Source: Magnetococcales bacterium DCbin2 (GTDB lineage Bacteria > Pseudomonadota > Magnetococcia > Magnetococcales > UBA8363). From it: DNA of 64,000 nucleotides. Within the stretch, counting starts at the first letter, position 1. The number at the start of each line of letters is the position of its first letter. Location of the stretch: positions 30,261 through 94,260 of the forward strand of contig PEAO01000002.1 in the NCBI GenBank assembly GCA_002753615.1, written 5' to 3'. Position numbers and translations under genes: made by a program. Positions 25,081 through 32,385 of the stretch are shown piece after piece. Below the pieces are notes generated by a model. The model was not told the origin of the DNA. It worked only from the letters and a program-made list of their open reading frames with translations, and ran no database searches.

Positions 25081-25407
25081 CTACGCAGCAAGATTCAGTT
25101 CGACATGCATTCCGGCTCGCAAGGCAAGGGTCACCAAGGTATCCAGACTGAATCTCTCCCACTTGCCGCGCACCAGATCCGATACACGGGATTGCCTAAC
25201 GCCAAACATCTTGGCAGCCTCCTCCTGGGTCAAGCCTTTGAAGTCAATTTTCCGAAAAGCATGCAGAACGTACACAGCATCATCAAACTTGGCGACATAG
25301 ATCACGCGCCATGCTCCTTCCACATGAATGTTTTCGATGGAAGGAGGTGAGGTATGAGTGCTTCCGGTGTTACACACACCCCCGGTCCATGGACTATCAC
25401 CCGCCAT
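25081..25407 (-). pseudogene. Remnant of a HigB/RelE-type toxin fused in-frame to the HTH half of its HigA-type antitoxin
   Basis: Residues IENIHVEGAWRVIYVAKFDDAVYVLHAFRK match a toxin C-terminal core (~25341-25249). They are joined directly to DFKGLTQEEAAKMFGVRQSRVSDLVRGKWERFSLDTLVTLALRAGMHVELN, an antitoxin HTH (25248-25084). The toxin N-terminus is absent, and the ORF 5' end overlaps the opposite-strand gene at 25354. Confidence 0.65.
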
Positions 25408-25704
25408 AGTGATGGGTCAGGCGGGTTCCTATGTGTTGATCGGGAATGCGTAATTATCGCCGAGACCCATGGATGTGACACTTGGGCGGAAGAGGAAGCA
25501 AATATCACCCTCATCGCGGCTGCACCTGATTTGCTGCGGGCCTTGGAAAATCTGACAGAATGGCTTGGATTCATGTTGCGGGCGGAGACCGCACCCCCAA
25601 AAGCCCAGGATTTTATCCGCAAGTGGTTACCTAGGGAAGGAGGGAGAAATACGATCCTGCCCAATGCTTGGGATGCCATAAGAAAAGCAAAAGGAGTCGG
25701 CTAA
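25354..25704 (+). CDS. Paralog family member 3 (HTPGPW ... AAAPDLL)
   Basis: THTPGPWTI...LIAAAPDLLRALENL...DFIRKWLPREGGRNTILPNAWDAIRKAKG. Confidence 0.7.
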   Translation: MSASGVTHTPGPWTITRHSDGSGGFLCVDRECVIIAETHGCDTWAEEEANITLIAAAPDLLRALENLTEWLGFMLRAETAPPKAQDFIRKWLPREGGRNTILPNAWDAIRKAKGVG

Positions 25705-26597
25705 TGAAATGGTTACAGCATTTTTCCGATTTCCACCGTGAAGAAAACGTTGTCGCTTACCGGGAAGCCGCTGGGCATGACGGTTACGGCTTCATGTGGC
25801 TCTTATTTGAAACCGTTGCCGACAGGATGACCATTAACAGCGGTCCATCTGTCACCTACCCGACTACCTACTGGGCCAAGATCCTCGACTGTCATCCAAA
25901 CCGCCTCACCAAGTTCATGAGTAGTCTGGAGGTACATGGGTTGGTAGTCACCAAGTTCCTTGGGGGTTCCATCAGGGTTGAAATTCCTATCTTATTGAAA
26001 ATGCGTGATAATTATTCGTCACGCTACAAACAAACTACGTCGCAAGAAGTAGATTTAGAAGCAGAAACAGATAAGAACAAACAACCCCCTACCCCCGTTG
26101 TGGTTGTATCTGAAAAATTGGGAAAAGAGCCAAGTCAAAAGCAACCCGAAACCCCTGTCGAATCTGCCAACCTGATTTTCCCTGACGGCATCGGTGCTGA
26201 CATCTGCCATGCCCTTTCGATGCAACTCTGCGGCCATAAGGAGTCGAAGGCCCAACAGTTTCTCGACGAACTCGCCGCCGCCAAGTTGAAAAAAGGCGTT
26301 GAGAATCCTGTGGGCTGGATGCGGTCCGTCATTGCCAGGAACCGACAGGGCACCTTCACTTTCGATGGTGGTGCAGCGGTTGCCAAGGCCAGGGCAGACA
26401 AGACTTTCAGGGAGGATAGGGAGGCCAAAGAAAGGGCTGATGAAGCTGCCGAAGAGGCGGCAAGGAAAGCCAAGTCGCCGGAGGAAACCGCGCTGGAAAT
26501 AGCCGAAAGAAAGGCTGAAATAGCTAAAATGATAGCCCGATTATCGATGCAGGATGACGCGCCAACGCCACGTCGGGCAAGGGCGGTGGAATTATGA
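25704..26597 (+). CDS. Replisome-organiser-like protein (DUF4373-type N-terminus)
   Basis: MKWLQHFSDFHREENVVAYREAAGHDGYGFMWLLFETVADRM resembles the Lin1244/DUF4373 N-terminal domain of phage replication organisers. The C-terminus is charged and Ala/Glu/Lys-rich. TAATG overlap with the upstream gene. Confidence 0.55.
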   Translation: MKWLQHFSDFHREENVVAYREAAGHDGYGFMWLLFETVADRMTINSGPSVTYPTTYWAKILDCHPNRLTKFMSSLEVHGLVVTKFLGGSIRVEIPILLKMRDNYSSRYKQTTSQEVDLEAETDKNKQPPTPVVVVSEKLGKEPSQKQPETPVESANLIFPDGIGADICHALSMQLCGHKESKAQQFLDELAAAKLKKGVENPVGWMRSVIARNRQGTFTFDGGAAVAKARADKTFREDREAKERADEAAEEAARKAKSPEETALEIAERKAEIAKMIARLSMQDDAPTPRRARAVEL

Positions 26598-26714
26598 CGG
26601 TGGATGGCCGTGCGCGACAGTCTGAACTTCGGTTTTCCCATGAAAACCATCCTGACCATGACTGGCTACAAGCACCGTTCAAAACCATCGAACAAGATTG
26701 AGAAGGAAACAGCC

Positions 26715-27002
26715 ATGTCAGCAGTTATTCGGGAAATTGAATCGGTCATCGGCACGACAGAAGAGCAAGAAGGCACCAGTTCAGAGCAATTGGTGCGAAT
26801 TATCGACAGGATTGAGCGGCTGGAAGAAGAGAAAGCCGGTATTTCTTCTGGCATCCGCGATGTTTATGCCGAGGCCAAGAGTCAGGGATTCGACCCGATT
26901 ATCATACGGAAGGTTATCGGTCTGCGTAAAAAAGATCCCAACGAACGGGATGAGGAAGAAGCAGCCCTGCATTTGTACATGCAAGCTTTGGGTATGCAGT
27001 AA
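26715..27002 (+). CDS. GapR-like DNA-binding protein (DUF2312)
   Basis: [69 protein letters not shown] closely follows the GapR/DUF2312 pattern. GAGAAGGA RBS. Confidence 0.85.
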   Translation: MSAVIREIESVIGTTEEQEGTSSEQLVRIIDRIERLEEEKAGISSGIRDVYAEAKSQGFDPIIIRKVIGLRKKDPNERDEEEAALHLYMQALGMQ

Positions 27003-27085
27003 ATTGGCGAAGAGGGTCGCTCATTGCTCTTTGTCCGCTATGCTGGCCAAAAACGGAAAATAAACCATCGGATTGGGGATATATC

Positions 27086-27418
27086 GTGAGTGTTCATATT
27101 AAGCCTTCAGAACCGGGTATCGAGAGCCGTGTATTTCAAGGAATAGTCACAGTCACTAGGGACGGAAAAGAGGTGGCATACTGTGCATTTATCGATGAAT
27201 CTTTTAAACGCATCGTTCTGGCGGCTCCCGATCTGCTGGCCGCTTGTGATGCAGTTCTTAAGGCCATTTATGAATTCGATCTTTACGCGGATGCGCGTAA
27301 ATATAATTTGGAAAATTGTCCAGATCTTTCCATAAAAGATCTCGCCCGCCTTATGGCAGAAACCCCACCTACAGTGCTTTGTCTGCCGCGCTGGAAAAAA
27401 TGTTGGAAGTTTGTATGA
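27086..27418 (+). CDS. Paralog family member 4 (LAAPDLL motif)
   Basis: GTG start with a GGGGA RBS. Contains ...KRIVLAAPDLLAACDAVLKAI... Confidence 0.55.
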   Translation: MSVHIKPSEPGIESRVFQGIVTVTRDGKEVAYCAFIDESFKRIVLAAPDLLAACDAVLKAIYEFDLYADARKYNLENCPDLSIKDLARLMAETPPTVLCLPRWKKCWKFV

Positions 27419-27486
27419 AGGCCAAGGGCCAATCGTATCAGGAAGACAACGAATAACCATTTGTTGACCCATCGAAGGGCAAAACC

Positions 27487-27714
27487 ATGAACGTTATGCG
27501 GATAGTCAAAGCACTGAAAAACTGGTGGAACCAATACCAAGAGCGTCGAAAAATCATCTGGGCGGTGGGTGCGGTGCCAGGAATTGGATTTGACGGCGTA
27601 ATGCGGTTGGTGGGAGACAAGCCAGACCGGAATGGACTGCGGGACAATATCGGCTTGCTGATCAAAAGGGATGTCATCGTGAAGGATGACAATGGCCATT
27701 ATTGGCCTCTTTAA
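27487..27714 (+). CDS. Hypothetical protein (75 aa)
   Basis: An ORF in the co-directional early operon. No family recognised. Confidence 0.45.
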   Translation: MNVMRIVKALKNWWNQYQERRKIIWAVGAVPGIGFDGVMRLVGDKPDRNGLRDNIGLLIKRDVIVKDDNGHYWPL

Positions 27715-27727
27715 ACAGAGGATAACC

Positions 27728-28372
27728 ATGAATACGACCGTTGAAGCCATTCCAACAAACCAACCCCCAGCACAACCGTCCGGGTACATGACGGATCCAC
27801 TAGGACGGCTGGTCCCGGACACCATGATATCCGACATGGACCGCCTGCGCGACCAAATCGTGCGGGAGATCGTGAATCGGACCAAAGCCCAATCGAAAGC
27901 ACTGGCACAGACCAAGGCCACCATCATGGCCGATATCTACGCCTTTGTCGATTTGTCGGCAGAACGCTGGGACGCCAAACTGGGTGGCAATAAAGGCAAT
28001 ATCACCCTGACCAGTTATGATGGAAAATTCAAAGTGCAACTGGCCGTCTCCGACCGGATGACCTTCTCCGAGGGGATCAACGCCGCCAAAGCCCTGGTGG
28101 ATGAATGCATCACCCGCTGGGCCGAAGGGAGCCGCAGTGAAATCAAGGTGTTGGTTCAGGATGCCTTCCAGGTGGACAAGGAAGGGACGCTGAACACCCA
28201 CCGTATCCTGAGCCTGTTGCGCTTTTCCATCGAAGATTCCACCTGGATCCGGGCTATGGACGCCATCAAGGACAGCCTGGTTGCCACGGGGTCCAAGAGT
28301 TATATCCGGGTTTATGAGCGGGACAGCATGGGCAAGTATGTACCCATCCCCATGGACATTGCAGCGGTTTAA
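27728..28372 (+). CDS. DUF3164-family phage protein
   Basis: GYMTDPLGRLVP...GGNKGNITLTSYDGKFKVQLAV...AKALVDECITRWAEGS...GSKSYIRVYERDSMGKYVPIPMDIA follows the DUF3164 pattern seen in Mu-like phages. AGAGGA RBS. Confidence 0.8.
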   Translation: MNTTVEAIPTNQPPAQPSGYMTDPLGRLVPDTMISDMDRLRDQIVREIVNRTKAQSKALAQTKATIMADIYAFVDLSAERWDAKLGGNKGNITLTSYDGKFKVQLAVSDRMTFSEGINAAKALVDECITRWAEGSRSEIKVLVQDAFQVDKEGTLNTHRILSLLRFSIEDSTWIRAMDAIKDSLVATGSKSYIRVYERDSMGKYVPIPMDIAAV

Positions 28373-28384
28373 TGGAGTAGGCGC

Positions 28385-28549
28385 ATGGTCAAGACGATTG
28401 GAGAAGGATTGGCGTACCTGTTGTTTCATCCCTTCCTGTGGCTGATCCGCCTGGCCGGACATTGTTGGTCGTGCGTCGCCCACTCTTGGCAAGAAGGAAA
28501 TTATCGAGGAACCGCCTACATGGTCAGACTGTGGGGGGGAAAACCATGA
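28385..28549 (+). CDS. Small hydrophobic protein (54 aa, below the track cutoff)
   Basis: ATG 28385 follows a GGAG. The product is MVKTIGEGLAYLLFHPFLWLIRLAGHCWSCVAHSW... The stop overlaps the next ATG (ATGA). Confidence 0.4.
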   Translation: MVKTIGEGLAYLLFHPFLWLIRLAGHCWSCVAHSWQEGNYRGTAYMVRLWGGKP

Positions 28550-28797
28550 AAACTTGCGAAATTACCGACAGGGATGTGGTTGAGGCCATGATTCAGCTAC
28601 GCTGATGGGTGCGGTATTGCCTTTGCACATTATTGCAGCGAATACCTGCACATTACTTGGCCGAGGCCATGATTCAGGAATTAGAGGACCGCGGCAGGGG
28701 GGTTGATTACAGCTTTTTAACCGGATTGGATTCGGTGTTGTGGCGCGTGATGCGCTTTCAGAATGCCGCACGCGCCATTTCGTTTAGCAGCGAATAG
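28546..28797 (+). pseudogene. Small phage protein interrupted by an in-frame TGA (28603-28605)
   Basis: ATG 28546 gives MKTCEITDRDVVEAMIQLR, then TGA. The same frame continues as WVRYCLCTLLQRIPAHYLAEAMIQELEDRGRGVDYSFLTGLDSVLW... (track ORF 28609..28797 starts at the GTG 2 codons after the stop). Confidence 0.5.
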
Positions 28798-28828
28798 CAG
28801 GTTCCAAGTTCTCAAAAGATGAGTTGCG

Positions 28829-29692
28829 ATGAATGACTACGGAGAGCGCACCATGTTAACCGTCATTGATCTGTTTTCCGGCATCTGCGGGTTCACGCTG
28901 GGTCTTGAGAAGACAGAGGGATTCAAGACGGTGCAGTTTTGCGAGATCAACCAAGCACTCCACTCGCACATCGAGGGACACTATCCAAATGTTCCATTGC
29001 ACGCAGACATCCGGTCGTTGCACCTGCCGCGCGGGTTTGCTGATGTGGTTGTCGGCGGATTTCCGTGCCAGGACATTTCAAACGCAGGATTGGGGAGAGG
29101 ATTGGATGGACCAAAATCCAGCTTGTGGTGGGAGATGTTCCGAGTCATCCGGGATGTCCGCCCATCTTGGATCATCATCGAAAACAGTCCAGTTCTTCGT
29201 AGTCGAGGACTATGCCAGATTCTCCGGGCACTTGATGAGATCGGGTACGATGCGGAATGGCATTGTATCCCGGCTTGCGCCGTTGGTGCGCATCACGAGA
29301 GAGACCGGCTTTTCATTATTGCCCACCCTGACCGCGACGGACGCGAACGGGAGAACGTATCACGGTGGGCCGCGTGGCGGCATCTCTCTCCTGGGGATGA
29401 TACGCCTCTTACCCACGCTCTGCGCAACCGACTGGCGCACTGGATATCGCCTGGACTCGGTGCGGGGGGAAATTCAACGGGCAAAACGCTCCAAACCGTT
29501 GCGGGACATCATCGCCCCTGGTGGCCAACTCAACCCGACGTGGTGTCAATGGTTCATGGGGTTCCCCGACGGCTGGCTGGATGGCGAAAACAGGCTGTGA
29601 TGGCCCTGGGTAACTCCGTGGTGCCGCAAGTGGTGCGGCTTATTGGGGAGGCGATTTTAGAGATCAGTGTACTCGAAGGGAGGCTTTCGTGA
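28829..29692 (+). CDS. DNA (cytosine-5) methyltransferase; middle ~90 codons are out of the ancestral frame
   Basis: Frame 1 carries DLFSGICG (motif I), GGFPCQDIS (IV), IIENSP (VI), AHHERDRLFIIAH (VIII) and ALGNSVVPQVV (X). The typical intervening segment LLPTLTATDANG...LLPTLCATDW...QLNPTWCQWFMGFPDGW is encoded in the other open frame (track ORF 28866..29600). Confidence 0.8.
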   Translation: MNDYGERTMLTVIDLFSGICGFTLGLEKTEGFKTVQFCEINQALHSHIEGHYPNVPLHADIRSLHLPRGFADVVVGGFPCQDISNAGLGRGLDGPKSSLWWEMFRVIRDVRPSWIIIENSPVLRSRGLCQILRALDEIGYDAEWHCIPACAVGAHHERDRLFIIAHPDRDGRERENVSRWAAWRHLSPGDDTPLTHALRNRLAHWISPGLGAGGNSTGKTLQTVAGHHRPWWPTQPDVVSMVHGVPRRLAGWRKQAVMALGNSVVPQVVRLIGEAILEISVLEGRLS

Positions 29693-29759
29693 TGGTGGCA
29701 ACGCCGGTGTGGGTCAGGCGGATGGCGGCAGCGGTATCACTTGCTGCTGGGGAGCTACA

Positions 29760-30686
29760 ATGAACGTCCGCATCACCCCGCTCGACGGAAAGTTGCCGAA
29801 TCTGGCCCTAATGCGCTTGGCCAGTTTCCACAGGGAAAACGGAGACCAAGTAACCGTAACCCGGTCGCTGACACGAGAACTTGGTGAGCCGAAGCCGGAT
29901 GTCGTCTATGGGTCTGCAATTTTCAATTCCTCATTCAGGCAAGTAGAGGATTTCAGGAAGCAGTTCCCGGACGCGATTATTGGAGGCACAGGGTCGGGGA
30001 ACTGGCAGACAGTGGAGGAAATCATCGGCCAAGAGTGGTTGCGCGTCGATTACTCCGACTACCCGAATTGCGACGCCTCCATTGGCTACACCATGCAGGG
30101 GTGTCGGTTCAAGTGTGAATTCTGCATTGTCCCCAAGAAAGAGGGGAAACCCCGCGCTACCAGCACCATCCTGGATATCTGGCGTGGCGGTCTGCACTCC
30201 CGCAAGCTCCTTCTGTTAGACAGCGACTTCTTTGGCCAGCCGGAAGGGGCGTGGCGCAAGCGAATCGACGAAATCCGGACAGGCGGATTCCGTGTCTGTT
30301 TGGAGCAGGGGATCAACATCAGGACCATCACAGATACCCAGGCGGCATCACTGGCATCTATTGAGTACCGATGCACAAAGTTCCAGCGACGCCGCCTTTA
30401 TTGCGCATGGGACCGCCTGCGGGACGAGCGACGGTTTTTCGATGGAGTGGACCGTCTGGATCGGGCCGGGATTCCTCCGCACCACCTGCGGGCCTATATG
30501 CTCATCGGCCATGACCAAGAAGAGACCATCGAGAGCCGGTTGTATCGGTTCAATAGGATGGTCGAGCGCGGGATTGAGCCATATCCGATGCCGATTGACC
30601 GGAAGCAAAAAGACTTGATGGCGTTCTCCCGGTGGGCCGCGACGGGGCTTTATCGGGCGGTGCCGTGGAAGGAGTACAGGGGATGA
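29760..30686 (+). CDS. Radical SAM-type protein (CxxxCxxC) with a B12-binding-like N-terminal region
   Basis: GYTMQGCRFKCEFCIVP carries the CX3CX2C cluster motif. The N-terminus LPNLALMRLASFHRENGDQVTV resembles the Rossmann-like lead-in of class B enzymes. GGGGA RBS before ATG 29760. Confidence 0.65.
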   Translation: MNVRITPLDGKLPNLALMRLASFHRENGDQVTVTRSLTRELGEPKPDVVYGSAIFNSSFRQVEDFRKQFPDAIIGGTGSGNWQTVEEIIGQEWLRVDYSDYPNCDASIGYTMQGCRFKCEFCIVPKKEGKPRATSTILDIWRGGLHSRKLLLLDSDFFGQPEGAWRKRIDEIRTGGFRVCLEQGINIRTITDTQAASLASIEYRCTKFQRRRLYCAWDRLRDERRFFDGVDRLDRAGIPPHHLRAYMLIGHDQEETIESRLYRFNRMVERGIEPYPMPIDRKQKDLMAFSRWAATGLYRAVPWKEYRG

Positions 30687-31453
30687 GCTTCTGGCTCTCA
30701 TACGGCGGCGGGGTCAATTCCACCGCACTGGCGGTCATGTGCATTAACGGCAGTCTCCCGGAATATGGTGAAGTAAAGTTTATATTTAGCGACACCGGCA
30801 ATGAAAAGCCAGAAACGATTAGGTATATCAACAAGACGTTTCTTCCGTATTTGCATGAAAATGGTAGGGATTTAATTACAGTAAGGCCAAAAGAGACGGT
30901 CTTGGAAAGGTGGCAAAGATACGAAGTTACAGGGTCTCGCGTGCGCAGGGACTGTACGGATCATGGAAAAATTCGGCCAATCATGGAGTACATAAAAACA
31001 ATCGACGATAACCCAGAACAATTAATTGGGATCGATGCCGGAGAGTCCCACAGAGCAAAACCAGCCAACAAGAAAAAAAAAGACTTTCCAAAGCACTACC
31101 CATTAGTTTCTCATGGGATTGATCGACGAAAATGCATTGATATTATCAAGTCGGCTGGTATTTGCGTTCCAGTAAAAAGTGGTTGTTGGCATTGCCCTTT
31201 TATGAGGGTTAAGGAGATTTTAGAATTAGCCAAAAACAACCGGAAAATGTTTGACAAAATCGTCCAGTTGGAAAGCGTTAGTAGATCCAGACTGATCAAC
31301 AGTGGTGGCAACATCCAAAACTATTATTACCAATGGCGAGATAGGTCGGCCACCTACTGGCGTGACAGAGCCGAACAAGAGGCAAAACAAATGATATTTA
31401 ATTTAGAATTTGATGATATCGACCCAAATATCCCATGCGACTGTTATGATTGA
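30683..31453 (+). CDS. PAPS-reductase-like PP-loop protein (DndC-like family)
   Basis: MSFWLSYGGGVNSTALAV is a PP-loop variant of SGGxDS. A C-terminal Cys pair is present (SGCWHCPF). ATGA overlap with the radical SAM gene. Looks more AT-rich than its neighbours. Confidence 0.7.
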   Translation: MSFWLSYGGGVNSTALAVMCINGSLPEYGEVKFIFSDTGNEKPETIRYINKTFLPYLHENGRDLITVRPKETVLERWQRYEVTGSRVRRDCTDHGKIRPIMEYIKTIDDNPEQLIGIDAGESHRAKPANKKKKDFPKHYPLVSHGIDRRKCIDIIKSAGICVPVKSGCWHCPFMRVKEILELAKNNRKMFDKIVQLESVSRSRLINSGGNIQNYYYQWRDRSATYWRDRAEQEAKQMIFNLEFDDIDPNIPCDCYD

Positions 31454-31970
31454 GGGGGCGCAAGTGAACGACATTAAATTCTACCGCGCCAGCGACAAGC
31501 CCTATGGGGCGTTCAGCAATCTCTATCGGAGGAAGATCGTTTTCGAGGGGGAAAATTTTCCGACATCGGAACACGCATATCAAGCTGGGAAGCCAAGGAC
31601 GAAAGAGGTTCGTGACTGGCTGATGGCAGCCCCGTCCCCCTCCCTGCTGGCCATGGCCGCACACGGACTCTACTCATGGGACATCGCTCCAAACTGGAGT
31701 AAAATCAAAGTTGACCGGATGCGTAAGGTGCTGTTGGCAAAGTTTACACAGCACCGTGACCTGAAAGCTTTACTCTTGTCTACCGGGGGAGAGCGATTGG
31801 TTGAGTCGGCCACGGTCGATAACGCGGTAAACAGGTTGTGGGGCGAGGTCAATGGAAAGGGGAAAAATATGCTGGGTAATATCCTGATGGAAGTCAGAGA
31901 ACGGATAAAGTTGTCTGAGGGGGAGTTACAACCATTGGATGATGCCACCAGCCAGGGATACTTCCAATAA
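31446..31970 (+). CDS. NADAR (DUF1768/YbiA-like) domain protein
   Basis: IKFYRASDKPYGAFSNLYRRKIVFEGENFPTSEHAYQAGK...KVDRMRKVLLAKFTQHRDLKALLLSTGGERLVESATVDN...WGEVNGKGKNMLGNILMEVR follows the NADAR pattern. It overlaps the upstream gene by 8 nt. Confidence 0.85.
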   Translation: MIEGAQVNDIKFYRASDKPYGAFSNLYRRKIVFEGENFPTSEHAYQAGKPRTKEVRDWLMAAPSPSLLAMAAHGLYSWDIAPNWSKIKVDRMRKVLLAKFTQHRDLKALLLSTGGERLVESATVDNAVNRLWGEVNGKGKNMLGNILMEVRERIKLSEGELQPLDDATSQGYFQ

Positions 31971-32088
31971 AAACTACCTATGACCGGGGCTTGATAACGG
32001 TGAACAATCACATCTTCCGCATAGGAACCAAACGGAGGGGATCCCCGGAGAGGAACGTCCGTATAACCAAACAGGGAGATTTGTTGAA

Positions 32089-32385
32089 ATGAAAAAAATC
32101 GGATGGGTAAATACCTTAGGGAGTAAAAGCCATGTCGTGATGACAGATTGGGGATGGCGGCCATTCCTTGGGTGCGAACGGGACATGGGCATCGCCGGTA
32201 GAACGACCGCTTTTTCAGAAAAGCGTGAAATGAACATCGCCCGTATTACGACCGCTTTTTCAGAAAAGCGTGAAGGTGAAATTTGCCCTGAATGCCTTTC
32301 CTTCCTCAGATACTTGGCGATTGACCACCATAAGGACGTGACTGGGGAGCCAAGCGCGGATGATGTTGATGCTGGGAACGGATGA
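32089..32385 (+). CDS. Doubtful ORF (98 aa) spanning the twin-hairpin repeats
   Basis: ATG with GGGAG upstream, but the ORF content is dominated by the 45-bp-period repeat (TTAFSEKRE twice). It may be non-coding. Confidence 0.25.
   Translation: MKKIGWVNTLGSKSHVVMTDWGWRPFLGCERDMGIAGRTTAFSEKREMNIARITTAFSEKREGEICPECLSFLRYLAIDHHKDVTGEPSADDVDAGNG
32203..32274 (+). repeat. Two perfect 27-bp direct repeats, each containing a 7-bp-stem hairpin
   Basis: acgaccgctttttcagaaaagcgtgaa occurs at 32203-32229 and 32248-32274 (period 45). Each contains CGCTTTT-tcag-AAAAGCG. Confidence 0.9.

Noticed and set aside
27283-28492. Minus-strand ORFs of 214 and 230 aa
   Set aside because: They are antisense to the DUF3164 gene and neighbouring early genes, with no motifs and poor composition.
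28603-28605. Selenocysteine or programmed readthrough at the in-frame TGA
   Set aside because: I could see no SECIS-like hairpin immediately downstream, and there is no reason for Sec in this protein type. A nonsense mutation or a restart at GTG 28609 is simpler.
29240-29300. SGTMRNGIVSRLAPLV in the alternative frame of the methyltransferase as further evidence for the second frame
   Set aside because: These nucleotides also encode the unmistakable motif VIII region (GYDAEWHCIPACAVGAHHERDRLFII) in frame 1. The resemblance is probably coincidental, so I rely only on the segment from LLPT (29316) onward.
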